The position numbers and the translations under genes are program-made. DNA of 64,000 bases from NCBI GenBank assembly GCA_965217775.1, contig CBDCJH010000002.1, positions 2,816,001-2,880,000 on the forward strand, written 5' to 3'. Positions within the stretch are counted from its first letter, which is position 1, and every line of letters starts with the position of its first letter. Below the pieces are notes generated by a model. That model was not told the origin of the DNA. It ran no database searches and was given only the letters and a program-made list of their open reading frames with translations. The stretch is from Acidobacteriota bacterium. GTDB taxonomy: Bacteria; Acidobacteriota; UBA6911; RPQK01; JAJDTT01. Shown one piece after another: positions 40,451 to 50,527 of this stretch.

Positions 40451-42474
40451 TAGAGAAACTGCAGGTCGCGCATCACGGCCGCCGTGGAGACGCAGGCGAT
40501 GCTCAGGAAGAACAGGGCGCAGGCCACCATGATCAGCCTGATGTACCAGGCGGGCCTCAGCTCCCGGGGCAACAGTTTGCAGTTGACGGCCAGGACGCAG
40601 AGCGCGGAGAACCCCAGACCGAAGTTCAACGGGATGCCCGCAATCTTCACGATCATCATGCGGTCGGGAATCAGGGTCAGCGCCATCACTCCCCAGATGG
40701 CGTAGGCGGCCAGGAGTCCGTAGTAGACATACTTGACCTTCTCTTCCTCCAGCCCCCGGGCGCGGGTGCTGGCGGTCCAGATCAGATCGGTCCAACGCCG
40801 GCAGAAGGCATCCGCCGCCGCGATCTGGGTCGGGCCCAGGACCAGGAAGCCGCAGAGCAGGGTGAGAAACCAGAAGATGGGTTCGCCCGTCTTCTCGACG
40901 ACTCCCTGCGCCGTCAAGGCGGCCAGCGAATCGCCCCGGACCTGCTGTCCGGCGGCGAACTGAAGCGAGAGCAGGGCCGGTATGCCCATGCCCAGGATAC
41001 AGCCCACGACCCAGATCCCCAGTTGGTCCCGAATCGTGACCTTGCGCCATCCCGTCCACATTTTTTTCGATTCCGGCGTGATCTGGAACACCCGGCCCTC
41101 GTGGAGCAGACTGATGCCCTTCCCGCCCACGGCGCTGGCGATGGCGCCCACCCGGGCCCCCATTCCCCAGCCTTTGTCCCGAACGTAGTTGGCGAAACTG
41201 GCGTTGCCGAGCCCTCCGCTTCCGGCAATGGCGGCGAAAATGGCCAACAGCCCCACGTCCAGAGCCGGCCTTGCCCCTCCGATTCCGAAGGTCCCCCGGA
41301 ACAGTTCCGACCACGTCAACGGGTTCCCGCCCACTTCGGGAAGCGCGCCGAACTTGACGAACCCCGAAAAGATCTCGACCCAGACCCGCCATTCGACGTA
41401 GAAGACCCCCAGGAAGATGAGAAAGCCCAGGACCAGGACCGTCTTGGCGGCCATGATCTTCTCCACCATGTTGTAGACCTTGCCGCCGAAGATCAGCGGG
41501 ACGAAGGCAGAGAGGAAGATGGCGTAGCCGAGCCAGCTCACAGTCCTCCTCTCCGGATCGACCCACTTTTCCAGCACCGGGCCGGGCGTGGCTTTCCACC
41601 GGTCCGTGACGCCATAGGCGCTCGGGTTCCGAGCCATTTCATGGACGATCTCGGCCGGAAGTCCGGTTTCGCGGATGACCTGCTCCACGGGAGCGAACAA
41701 CTCCGGCCTCCCTTGAACCTTTTCCAAGATCTCGGAGTCCAGACCGGTTCTGGCCGCCACCTCCGTGACCGATGCCCCGTCCTGCCACTCGGTGAGCGGA
41801 TGAGGCAGGGGCCGCCAGCGGCGGGTGTCGCCGTAATTCTCCGGGTTCCGTGACATCTCCCGGATCACCTCGACCGGCAGTCCCGTGTCGCGCTCGATGT
41901 CCTGGACTCGTCCGAAACGACCGGGGTGTTGCGACATCTCCTCTACCAGCCGAGCCGAAAGGCCCGTCTCGGCCACGATTTCCTCCTGGGAAAGATAGGT
42001 CGTGGGAAGCGTCCCCGGGAGATGCCCCAAAAAAGCCGCCAACAGGGGAACCGCCGCGTTGGCGGACAGGTAGGGCCAGATGGCGCCGAAGTCGACCACC
42101 AGGAAGACGCCGGTCCAGAAGCGCGGGCCCGGCGCCAATCGGAAAAAGCCGGTGAACATGGGCTCGCCGCAATAGAGGGCGTAGCGCATCACCTCCAGGT
42201 TGTAGCAGCACTGGAACAGGATGCTCATGGTGGCGATCCACATCAGCACCCCGCCGTATTGTGCCGTCAGGGCGGGACCGGTCAGCCACTCCCCTCCTCC
42301 GATGGCCAATCCCACCATGAGCAGGCCCGGTCCCAGGAACCGGCGCAAATCGAAGCGGTCGGGGGGAGGAACGGGAAGCGTGTCCACTCCCCAGGGCGCC
42401 ATTTTCCCGGCCGGGACGCGGAGGTTGGCGGCGGGATCCGTGCCGGGAGTGTGGCTGTGTGTCTGGTCGGTCAT
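40450..42474 (-). CDS. NRAMP/APC-like permease with an inserted repeat domain
   Basis: LGPGLLMVGLAIGGGEWLTGP, YNLEVMRYALYCGE, YVRDKGWGMG; many TM segments. Confidence 0.82.
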   Translation of the reverse strand: MTDQTHSHTPGTDPAANLRVPAGKMAPWGVDTLPVPPPDRFDLRRFLGPGLLMVGLAIGGGEWLTGPALTAQYGGVLMWIATMSILFQCCYNLEVMRYALYCGEPMFTGFFRLAPGPRFWTGVFLVVDFGAIWPYLSANAAVPLLAAFLGHLPGTLPTTYLSQEEIVAETGLSARLVEEMSQHPGRFGRVQDIERDTGLPVEVIREMSRNPENYGDTRRWRPLPHPLTEWQDGASVTEVAARTGLDSEILEKVQGRPELFAPVEQVIRETGLPAEIVHEMARNPSAYGVTDRWKATPGPVLEKWVDPERRTVSWLGYAIFLSAFVPLIFGGKVYNMVEKIMAAKTVLVLGFLIFLGVFYVEWRVWVEIFSGFVKFGALPEVGGNPLTWSELFRGTFGIGGARPALDVGLLAIFAAIAGSGGLGNASFANYVRDKGWGMGARVGAIASAVGGKGISLLHEGRVFQITPESKKMWTGWRKVTIRDQLGIWVVGCILGMGIPALLSLQFAAGQQVRGDSLAALTAQGVVEKTGEPIFWFLTLLCGFLVLGPTQIAAADAFCRRWTDLIWTASTRARGLEEEKVKYVYYGLLAAYAIWGVMALTLIPDRMMIVKIAGIPLNFGLGFSALCVLAVNCKLLPRELRPAWYIRLIMVACALFFLSIACVSTAAVMRDLQFL

Positions 42475-42701
42475 TTGCCCCCCTGGAGAAGACGCGTAAC
42501 GTTATTCCCTGAAGCAGGTCATCTGAACTTGTCGAGGTTACGCCGACGCGGATCGACCGACCAGCAGCCAGCGTTTTCGATTCGATATCTGGCCGCAGGC
42601 TCGGCGGACATTCGATCGAATGCTAGAACCCTACCACGGCCAGGATTCCTGTCAAACGGCGGTTTCCGGCTCCCAATACCGGCTCGGTCACTGGCAAGGC
42701 A

Positions 42702-42795
42702 CGTAGGGGCGCCCCTTGTGTGTTTGCCCTCTTCGGTCCAAAGCGGAGCAAGGCGGGACCAGACGCAAGGTGTAGAAGGGGACAGTCTTTTTTTC
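42702..42795 (+). repeat. GTAG-type REP + GGGGACAGTC motif
   Basis: GTAGGGGCGCCCCTTGTGTGTTTGCCCTCTTCGGTCC; GTAGAAGGGGACAGTCTTTTTTTC. Confidence 0.8.
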
Positions 42796-42835
42796 TTAGC
42801 TGCGCTCTGGTTCACTTTCTCTATTGTGGCTCGAC

Positions 42836-43255
42836 TCACTCCAGGAATGGATTCGTGATCACGACGCCTGAAATCTGCTGTCCATGCTGAAGATCTTCGC
42901 TGTAGAGGGTTCTGCAGCCCGATTCGATCGCGGCCGCAACGATCAGGCTATCGTAGAAGCCGAGCCGATAGCGAACTTTCAGGTCGAGGGTATTCTGGTA
43001 AAGCGCCTGGGTCGGGAAGACCCGACAAAGAGGCATCAAGATTCCGTTCAATAGCTGTCGAGCCGTCTCCGGTGGCACCTTGAGCTTACCCGTCATGACA
43101 TTGAGGGTTTCCTGGACGACCTGGAAACTGATGCAACCGGTTTGGCGCTCCAAGGCCCGTTGAACCAAACGCTCTGCTCGTTCCCGCTTGCTGTCGTCGG
43201 TCTCATCGAACAAGTAAACGAAGACGTTGGTGTCGAGGAAGCTTTCAACGCTCAT
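42836..43255 (-). CDS. vapC: PIN-domain toxin
   Basis: FLDTNVFVY, QVVQE, FYDSLIVAAA, LYSEDLQHG. Confidence 0.92.
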   Translation of the reverse strand: MSVESFLDTNVFVYLFDETDDSKRERAERLVQRALERQTGCISFQVVQETLNVMTGKLKVPPETARQLLNGILMPLCRVFPTQALYQNTLDLKVRYRLGFYDSLIVAAAIESGCRTLYSEDLQHGQQISGVVITNPFLE

Positions 43256-43469
43256 TCATTTGATCCCGAGTGAACTTGCGTCCTCCGGTGAATATGCGGC
43301 CTTGCAGTTCGCGGATCACTCTCATGGCCTCGGCAGCCTGCTGCTCGCGTCGAACGTAGTTTTCGAGCCAGACTCGAAATTGCTCGTTCAACGTCGTGTG
43401 CTCCGCAGCAGCACGCCAGCGCGCCGCTTCAATCAGATTCTCGTCGGCACTCAACGTAATGTTTTTCAT
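43245..43469 (-). CDS. vapB: RHH-type antitoxin
   Basis: MKNITLSADENLIEAAR...TTLN; overlaps the toxin start. Confidence 0.85.
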   Translation of the reverse strand: MKNITLSADENLIEAARWRAAAEHTTLNEQFRVWLENYVRREQQAAEAMRVIRELQGRIFTGGRKFTRDQMNER

Positions 43470-43496
43470 CTATCAGATCTCTACTTTCATGGGGAA

Positions 43497-43519
43497 GTGT
43501 ACACTGTTTCAGTGTACAC
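43497..43519. promoter_or_regulatory. Putative vapBC operator
   Basis: GTGTACACTG-TTT-CAGTGTACAC palindrome 27 nt upstream of the antitoxin ATG. Confidence 0.7.
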
Positions 43520-43531
43520 GATCCTAGTGTG

Positions 43532-43765
43532 ATAGAAAGGGACAGTCCATTGTTCCGTCATAGAAAGGGACAGTCCATTGTTCCGTCGTCCGTCACCCGA
43601 CGGTGTCCGGTTCCCAAAAGCCCGCTTCGTGAAGATCCCGGCAGGGGATCAGGCTCCCTTCTGTCCGCTGCTGGGGTTGATCGTCAACGTAAAAAGGGAC
43701 AGTCTTTTCAGTGCAGTAGAAAGGGAAGGGCAGTAGAAAGGGACAGTCTGTTTTTCGGGGTCTCA
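43532..43765 (+). repeat. Cluster of 4-5 AAAGGGACAGTC motifs enclosing the 3' end of an AAA/DUF4143 gene
   Basis: 28-bp tandem duplication 43532-43587; 43561-43683 is homologous to 35520-35642; AACGTAAAAAGGGACAGTC at 43686; GCAGTAGAAAGGGA twice. Confidence 0.88.
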
Positions 43766-43849
43766 CTCCCACTACCTCTGCCCGCGAGCTCGTGAATGAC
43801 ACGGACGACGTACGGCCAGAGGGCGCGGCGCCGGAGTGGCAGGGACGGG

Positions 43850-46332
43850 CTAGAAGAACCGCATGATGTAGGTCACCCGCACGCCGCGGCCGATCTCCGG
43901 CGCCAGGTCCTTGATGAAGGAGGAGTGGTTGCGGTAGAGGCGATCGCCCAGGTTGAAGACGTTCACCGCGACCTGATGCGCCACATGCTGCTGGGCGTAG
44001 GTATAGGAGGCCTTCAGATTCACGACGCCATAGCCGGGGGTCCGGGTCTCGCCGGTGAAGGTCTGGTTCTGCTCGCTGGCCAGAATCAACTCCGGGTTGA
44101 TCCGCAACGCGCCGTAGTTGAGATCCAAACCGATCTTGCCCCGCAACGGCGGGATTCTGGGCAGCGGCGTGCCGGTGTCGGTGTCCTGGGCGTCGACCAG
44201 GTCCAGGCCCAGATCGAGCCAGAGGGCGAGTTCAGGCGGATGTCGAGGCCCGCCTCCGCCCCCACGTAGCGGGCATTCCGCTGGGTGAACTCGATCACCG
44301 TCAGTCCACTCTGCTGCTCGCCCGGGGCGTAGGGGAAGATGAAGTTCCGGAATCCGTAGTAGAAGAAATTCACGCTGCCCTGCACCGGTTCGTCTTCATG
44401 ACGCAATGACAGCTCGATCCCGTCTCCGGTCTCCGCCAGCAGGGACGGGTTGCCGACCTCGAAGGCGAGATTCCCGGCGTGCGGCCCGAAATTGTAGAGC
44501 TCCTCCAGGGAAGGGGCCCGATACGAATGGGCATAGTTGGCGACGAAAGCCCCACCGTGCCAGGTCTCGGCGTGAATACCGACTGAGGCGGAGGCTCCGG
44601 TGAAGGTCCTTTCGACCGCTTCGGCGATCTCCTCGTCGTGGTCGTCCTCGTGCTCCATCTCGTGATCGTCTGCTTCGGCGTGATGGTCATCCTCGTCACC
44701 GGCGGTACCGCGCAGGCCGAAAGCCGGCCTGTAGCGTTGAGTCTCCACACGCCCGCCGAGCTGGATCTTGAAGGTATCGAAATCCAGCACCTGCAAGGCG
44801 AAAACCGCGAATGCGTTCTGGTCGACCGGGGGCGCCAGCGCTTCTTCTCCCGAGGCCGAATAGTCTCGCGCCAGTCCCCAGAATCCGAAGCGCCCACTCA
44901 ACGGTCCCGCCTCTCCTTGCTCGAAGGCTCCCCGATAGGTGAACTGGCGGTTGTCGAACTCGGTGCCCACGAGTCTCTCATCGTGCTCCAGGTACTCGAC
45001 CTCTTCTTGAAACCAGTCGGTGTAGCCCAACCTCAGCACGAAATGGTCGATGGCGCCGCCCAATTCCTTCAACCCCCAATTGAAACGGTAGGTCCGGCGT
45101 TGGGTGTCGACCTGGACGCGTTCGATCTCCTCATGACCGTGCTCGTCGTCTTCGTGGTGGTCTTCCTCATCGTGGTCCCCTTCCTCCTCATCGTGGTCAC
45201 CTTCCTCCTCGTCGTGGTCACCTTCCTCCTCGTCGTGATGTTCGTCCTCCCCCCCAAGATGAGCGTGGTAGTTCTGGACGAAGGGGACGCCGTAGGACCC
45301 GTCATCAAATTTGGTCTCTACGCTGAAGAACATCTTCTCGCCGTAGAACCCGAATCCGCCGCCGCCGTTGGTCACTCCCGAACGGGAGTTGAAGATCTTG
45401 CCCTGCCCGGGTGCTGTGTAGTCCCCGGTTCGAACGCCGCCGCCCTGACCCCAGAACAACCATTCGCCGACGCCGTACTCGACCGCGGCATTGACCCCGC
45501 CCAACGCATTGGTCGTCCCGGCCGAGCCGGAGACGAAACCTCGCACACCCTCGTGGGGGTGATGGTGAACCTGGTGATGGCGGCTGATGGCATTGACCGT
45601 CCCTCCCATGGCGCTCCCGCTGTAGAGCAACGTGGCCGGTCCCTTGACGATCTCCATTCGCTCCAGTTGGGCCGGGTTGATCAATTCCCCATGATCTCCC
45701 GACTGGGAGGCCAGGGACCCGGTCCGGATCCCGTCCTCCAGAATCAGGATCCGATCGCCGTCGAACCCCCGGATGATGGGCCGGGATGCGCCCGGTCCGA
45801 AGCCCCGCTTGGCGATTCCGGTGCCCACCTTGTGGTCCAATAACTCGCCCACCGAGACGTTCGCCGACTCGGCCAAGTCATACGGTCCCAACGATTCGAT
45901 GCTCTGAAAGGCCTCGAAAACCGTTTCGTGCCCCTCATGACCCGTCACCGTGACCTCGTACCGTCGAGGCAACAACTCCAACACGATGCCGGCCTCCGTC
46001 GTCTCCCCCGGCTCGATGGTCACGGTGATGTGGACCTCGGTGAAGAGACTGTCCAGATGGCCTATCAGATGGTAGGTCCCGGGAGGCACATCCTCGAACT
46101 CGTAGACTCCATCGTGTTCGGTGACGGTGCTGCGGTCGAGGTCCTCGATCGCCACGCTGACGTGGTGCAGGGGTTCACCCGTCTCCTTGAGCGTCACGAT
46201 ACCCTTCAGCGCACCGTGCGATTCCGCCGCAGCCATGGGTTGGAGCGCCGGTGAAAGCAAGACGATCCATAACCGAAGAAACTTGAGGCCTACGCGACTG
46301 CATCGGCCAGATTTCACGAGAACTTGCGCCAT
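43850..46332 (-). pseudogene. Second His/Glu-rich TonB-dependent receptor, 1-nt frameshift near 44227
   Basis: Colinear paralogue of 36531-38939; ...IRLN TCG CC CTC TGG lacks one base; the C-terminus continues in the 43850-44146 frame. Confidence 0.85.
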
Positions 46333-46378
46333 GATGCCCGTTTACTCACGAATAACCGAAACCGCCACTGATCGATAG

Positions 46379-46406
46379 TTGACATTGCCCTGATCACCAC
46401 AACAAT
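46379..46406 (+). promoter_or_regulatory. Sigma70-like promoter for the CDF gene
   Basis: TTGACA-N16-AACAAT in an AT-rich divergent intergenic region. Confidence 0.4.
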
Positions 46407-46458
46407 ATTGAGTTTATTCGCCAATTTACAGCACAATTCCGTTGATTTGAATCACACG

Positions 46459-47436
46459 ATGGACACACATCATCACAATCACGGCCACCATCATCACGGA
46501 CCTGGGGAACATGACCACGATCTGCACGGCGCCAGCCGGCGCAGCCTGACCGTCGCCCTCGTCTTGACCGTCGGGTATATGGTCATCCAGCTCGTCGGCA
46601 GCATCCTCTCCGGCAGTCTGGCGCTGCTGGCAGAGGCCGCACACAAGGTGACGGACGCGGCGTCCATCGGCTTCGCCCTGGTCGCCCTCCATTTCTCGAC
46701 CCGGCCCGCCTCCGCCCAACGGACCTTCGGCTATCGCCGCCTGGAGATCCTGGCGGCCCTGGTCAACGCCCTCTCCCTCTGGCTGGTCGCCGGGTGGCTG
46801 ATCATGGAGGCATACGAACGCACCCATGATGCGCTCCATCACGTCGAAGGCGGAGTCATGCTGGCGTTCGGCGCAGTCGGCCTGCTGGTCAATCTCTCGG
46901 TGGCCTGGGTCCTCCACCGCTCGTCCAAGCACAGCGTCAACGTCGAGGGTGCCTTCCGGCACGTCATGGTCGATCTGCTGGGGACCGTCGGCGTGGTGGT
47001 CTCCGGCCTGCTGGTCTGGGCCTTCCACTGGGACCATGCGGACACGGTCGTGAGCGTGATCATCGGCGCCCTCATCCTGCTCAGCACCTGGCGTCTGATC
47101 GGAAAAGTCGTGCATGTGCTGCTTGAGGGGGTGCCCAAACACATCGACGTCTATCGGCTCTGCAGCGAGATGGAAGAGGTGCAAGGCGTCGGCCTGATCC
47201 ACGACATCCACGTCTGGAGCCTCGTCCCCGGCTACGAGATGCTCACGGCCCACGTCCTGGTCGATCCCGAGTTCGAAGACCTGGAATTCCTGCGGCGCCG
47301 CCTGCGAGAGATCGCAGCCGATGATTTCGGCATCCACCACATCACCATTCAACTGGAGTACACGGCGGACGGATGTACCGAACACCACCACGTCGACCAT
47401 CTGCACGCGTACAGCGCGGACGATAGAATCTCCTGA
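46459..47436 (+). CDS. CDF (CzcD/ZitB-like) metal efflux transporter
   Basis: His-rich N-terminus; SGSLALLAEAAH, TFGYRRLEILAA, HVMVDLLG, HDIHVWSL, HITIQLE. Confidence 0.92.
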   Translation: MDTHHHNHGHHHHGPGEHDHDLHGASRRSLTVALVLTVGYMVIQLVGSILSGSLALLAEAAHKVTDAASIGFALVALHFSTRPASAQRTFGYRRLEILAALVNALSLWLVAGWLIMEAYERTHDALHHVEGGVMLAFGAVGLLVNLSVAWVLHRSSKHSVNVEGAFRHVMVDLLGTVGVVVSGLLVWAFHWDHADTVVSVIIGALILLSTWRLIGKVVHVLLEGVPKHIDVYRLCSEMEEVQGVGLIHDIHVWSLVPGYEMLTAHVLVDPEFEDLEFLRRRLREIAADDFGIHHITIQLEYTADGCTEHHHVDHLHAYSADDRIS

Positions 47437-47443
47437 GAAACCG

Positions 47444-47500
47444 GGGAAAGGCGGTTCCGGGTCGGCGCTGAAGAGGGGGACAAGAATGTCCCCCCTCCCA
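47444..47500. repeat. REPIN-like element / possible terminator
   Basis: GGGGGACA-AGAA-TGTCCCCC hairpin after the CDF stop. Confidence 0.55.
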
Positions 47501-47562
47501 CCGGGGCTCGGGACGGCAGTGAGTGTTCCGTCCGAATCTCGCGTTCACCAGACGCCTCCAGT

Positions 47563-50517
47563 ATGATGGCCGCAATCCGGAGCTTCTCGATGATGCCTAA
47601 TTCAGGGAACACCTTGGCATTCCTCAGGGTCTGCCGCCGTCTCATCTGGCTCGCTCCCTTGTTGTTCACTCCCGTTTCCGGAGCCGGCGAGGCTCGATCT
47701 GACGTCTTCGAGTCTTCGATTCTTCCCATCTTCGAGAACAGTTGCCTGGCCTGTCACGGCGAATCCACACCTCAGGCCGAACTGGACCTGCGAACGGCCG
47801 CCTCGATCCTGAAGGGCGGCAAGTCGGGTCCGGCCGTCATCGCAGGGTCGGCGGATCGGAGCCTGCTGCTGGACAAGGTGGTCTCCGGAACCATGCCTCC
47901 CGGAGACGATGCGCTGCGCCGGGAGGAAATCGCAGCCATTCGCGGCTGGATCGACCGGCTGGGACAGGCGCACGCGGCCTTGGCTTCCGGGGGAATCAGC
48001 GAGCAGGACGTGCTCCCCATCTTTCTCATGAGATGCGTGGTCTGTCACGGCAAGCGGGCGCAGGAAGGGGGTCTGGACCTCAGGACGCAGGCCGGGCGAC
48101 TCCACGGCGGCAAGTCGGGGCCGGCGCTGGTTCCCGGAGACCCCGAAGCCAGTCTTCTGTTTCAGCGCATCGTGCGCGAGGAGATGCCCCCGGAACACCT
48201 CCTCTTCAAATACCGGGTGCGGCCTCCCAGCACCGAGGAGGTGGAGACCCTGCGCCGGTGGATCGCAGCCGGCGCCCTCACGGACCCGCCTCTTGACCCG
48301 AGCCGGGAAGCCGATCTCGCCCCGACCGAGGGCGACCGCCAATTCTGGTCCTTCCAGACTCCGAGACGACCTCCGATTCCAACGGTCGAGCACGGCGACC
48401 TGGTCCGGAATCCCATCGACGCCTTCCTGCTGGAAAAGCTGGAAGCCCACGGCCTGAGCTTCTCTCCCGAAACGGATCGTCTCACCCTCATGCGCCGGGC
48501 CTACCTGGACCTCGTCGGGATGCCTCCCACCGCGGTCCAGGTCCGAGCCTATCTGCAAGACGGGTCCCCGGACGCCTACGAGCGCATGATCGAGGACCTG
48601 TTGAGCTCGCCCCACTACGGAGAGCGCTGGGCCCAGCACTGGCTGGACGTGGCGGGCTATGCCGATACCGAGGGGATCAAGCACGCCGACCATTTCCGTC
48701 CCCAGGCCTGGCGCTACCGGGACTACGTGATCCGCTCCCTGAACCAGGACAAGCCCTATGACCGGTTCCTGGTGGAGCAGTTGGCCGGAGACGAGTTGGT
48801 GGACTACAAGAAGGAGGTCACCCCGGCCGTGCTGGAGTCGCTGGCCGCCACCGGCTTTCTCAGGCTCGCTTCGGATCCCACCGACTCGCCGACGAACGCC
48901 TCCCTGGCCGAGAAGATGGACGTGATCCACGACGAGATCCAGGTGCTGGGCTCGTCGGTCCTGGGTCTGACCATGGGATGCGCGCGCTGCCACGACCACA
49001 AGTACGACCCCATCTCGCAGCAGGACTATTACCGCCTCAGCGCCATTTTTCAGAGCGCATACGACCCCTACGACTGGCTGGACCCCACCCAACGCTATCT
49101 GAAGGTCGGTGACCCGGAGGAAATCGAGGAGACGGAGCGCCACAACGCTCCCATCCGGAAGCAGATCGGTGACCTGGAGAGAGCCTGGAAGGCCAAGACG
49201 GAGCCGCTTCGAAACCGGATCCTGGAAGCCCGCCTGGCGGCCCTGCCCGAAGCCCTCCGGCAGGACCTCGGAACCCTGCTGAAGACTCCGGAGGAAGATC
49301 GCGATCCGGTTCAGAAATACCTGCAACGCCGATTCCGCAAGACCCTGAAGGTGAGCGACCAGGCGCTGCCCCTCGCAGATGACCAGTTCAAGGCCCCATT
49401 GGACGAGTACAACAAGGCTCTGGCCGACCTCAAGAAGAAGCTGCGGGCCAAACCCGCCATCCGGGCTCTGTTCGACATGGGCGGCGAGGGCTCCCCGGCC
49501 TACGTCCTGCGGCGCGGCAACGCCGAGACCATCGGGGAACGGGTCTATCCCGGAGTGCCTTCGGTCCTCCGCGCGAACCTGCCCGAATACAAGCCGGAAC
49601 TCCCTTCGGAGCGAACCGACACCACCGGCACCCGTCTGGCACTGGCCCGCTGGTTGATCCATCCGGACCATCCCCTGACCTCCCGGGTCCCGGTCAACCG
49701 GGTCTGGATGCATCACTTCGGCCGCGGCATCGTCGCCACGCCCGCCGACTTCGGCCGAACCGGCGCCCGGCCCTCGCACCCGGAGCTTTTGGACTGGCTC
49801 GCGACCTGGTTCGTGGACCAGGACTGGAGCCTCAAGTCGCTGCACCGGCTCATGATGACCTCCACGGCGTACCGTCAGAGTTCGCGCCGAGGTCCGGAAG
49901 GCGGCGCCGATCCGGATGGGCACCTCTGGTCCCGCATGACGTTGCGGCGGATGGAAGCGGAGGTCCTCTACGATTCCATGCTCCAAGCGGCAGGCCGGTT
50001 GGACCCGGACCGGTTCGGTCCGGCCGAACCGGTGGAGAAGATGGCCGACGGCGAGGTCGTTGCCAAGGGATCGAAGCAGGGATGGAGGCGGGCCATCTAC
50101 ACCGAGAAACGGCGCCTCACGCGGATGACGTTTCTGGATCTCTTCGACGCCCCGCAGATGGCGCCCAACTGCACCGAGCGAATCTCCTCCAACGTGGCGC
50201 CCCAGGCCCTGCAGTTGATGAACGGGTACCTGACCCGGAAGCTGTCCCGCCATCTGGCGGGCCGCCTCGTGGACGCCCATCCCCATCGGTCGGAGGACCA
50301 GATTCGGGAACTCTACCTGCGGGTCCTCTCCCGGGAACCCACTCCCGGGGAGATTCGCATGTCCCTGGATTCCCTCTCCGAACTGGCGGAGAAGTGGGTC
50401 CACCACCTGGAGAACGAAAACGACGAAGCTCCGCGCCGAAACACGGCCCACTGGTCCGCGCTGGCATCCGTGTCTCACGCCTTGCTCACGTCGGCGGAGT
50501 TCTCCTACATCGATTAG
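47563..50517 (+). CDS. PSD1 / planctomycete cytochrome-c domain protein (DUF1549+DUF1553)
   Basis: [21 protein letters not shown]; [30 protein letters not shown]; exact start uncertain. Confidence 0.92.
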   Translation: MMAAIRSFSMMPNSGNTLAFLRVCRRLIWLAPLLFTPVSGAGEARSDVFESSILPIFENSCLACHGESTPQAELDLRTAASILKGGKSGPAVIAGSADRSLLLDKVVSGTMPPGDDALRREEIAAIRGWIDRLGQAHAALASGGISEQDVLPIFLMRCVVCHGKRAQEGGLDLRTQAGRLHGGKSGPALVPGDPEASLLFQRIVREEMPPEHLLFKYRVRPPSTEEVETLRRWIAAGALTDPPLDPSREADLAPTEGDRQFWSFQTPRRPPIPTVEHGDLVRNPIDAFLLEKLEAHGLSFSPETDRLTLMRRAYLDLVGMPPTAVQVRAYLQDGSPDAYERMIEDLLSSPHYGERWAQHWLDVAGYADTEGIKHADHFRPQAWRYRDYVIRSLNQDKPYDRFLVEQLAGDELVDYKKEVTPAVLESLAATGFLRLASDPTDSPTNASLAEKMDVIHDEIQVLGSSVLGLTMGCARCHDHKYDPISQQDYYRLSAIFQSAYDPYDWLDPTQRYLKVGDPEEIEETERHNAPIRKQIGDLERAWKAKTEPLRNRILEARLAALPEALRQDLGTLLKTPEEDRDPVQKYLQRRFRKTLKVSDQALPLADDQFKAPLDEYNKALADLKKKLRAKPAIRALFDMGGEGSPAYVLRRGNAETIGERVYPGVPSVLRANLPEYKPELPSERTDTTGTRLALARWLIHPDHPLTSRVPVNRVWMHHFGRGIVATPADFGRTGARPSHPELLDWLATWFVDQDWSLKSLHRLMMTSTAYRQSSRRGPEGGADPDGHLWSRMTLRRMEAEVLYDSMLQAAGRLDPDRFGPAEPVEKMADGEVVAKGSKQGWRRAIYTEKRRLTRMTFLDLFDAPQMAPNCTERISSNVAPQALQLMNGYLTRKLSRHLAGRLVDAHPHRSEDQIRELYLRVLSREPTPGEIRMSLDSLSELAEKWVHHLENENDEAPRRNTAHWSALASVSHALLTSAEFSYID

Positions 50518-50527
50518 GCCGGTGACC

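Noticed and set aside
43532-43765. Mini CRISPR array of AAAGGGACAGTC repeats
   Set aside because: Spacing is irregular, the repeats are short and variable, the intervening DNA is local duplication, and there are no cas genes
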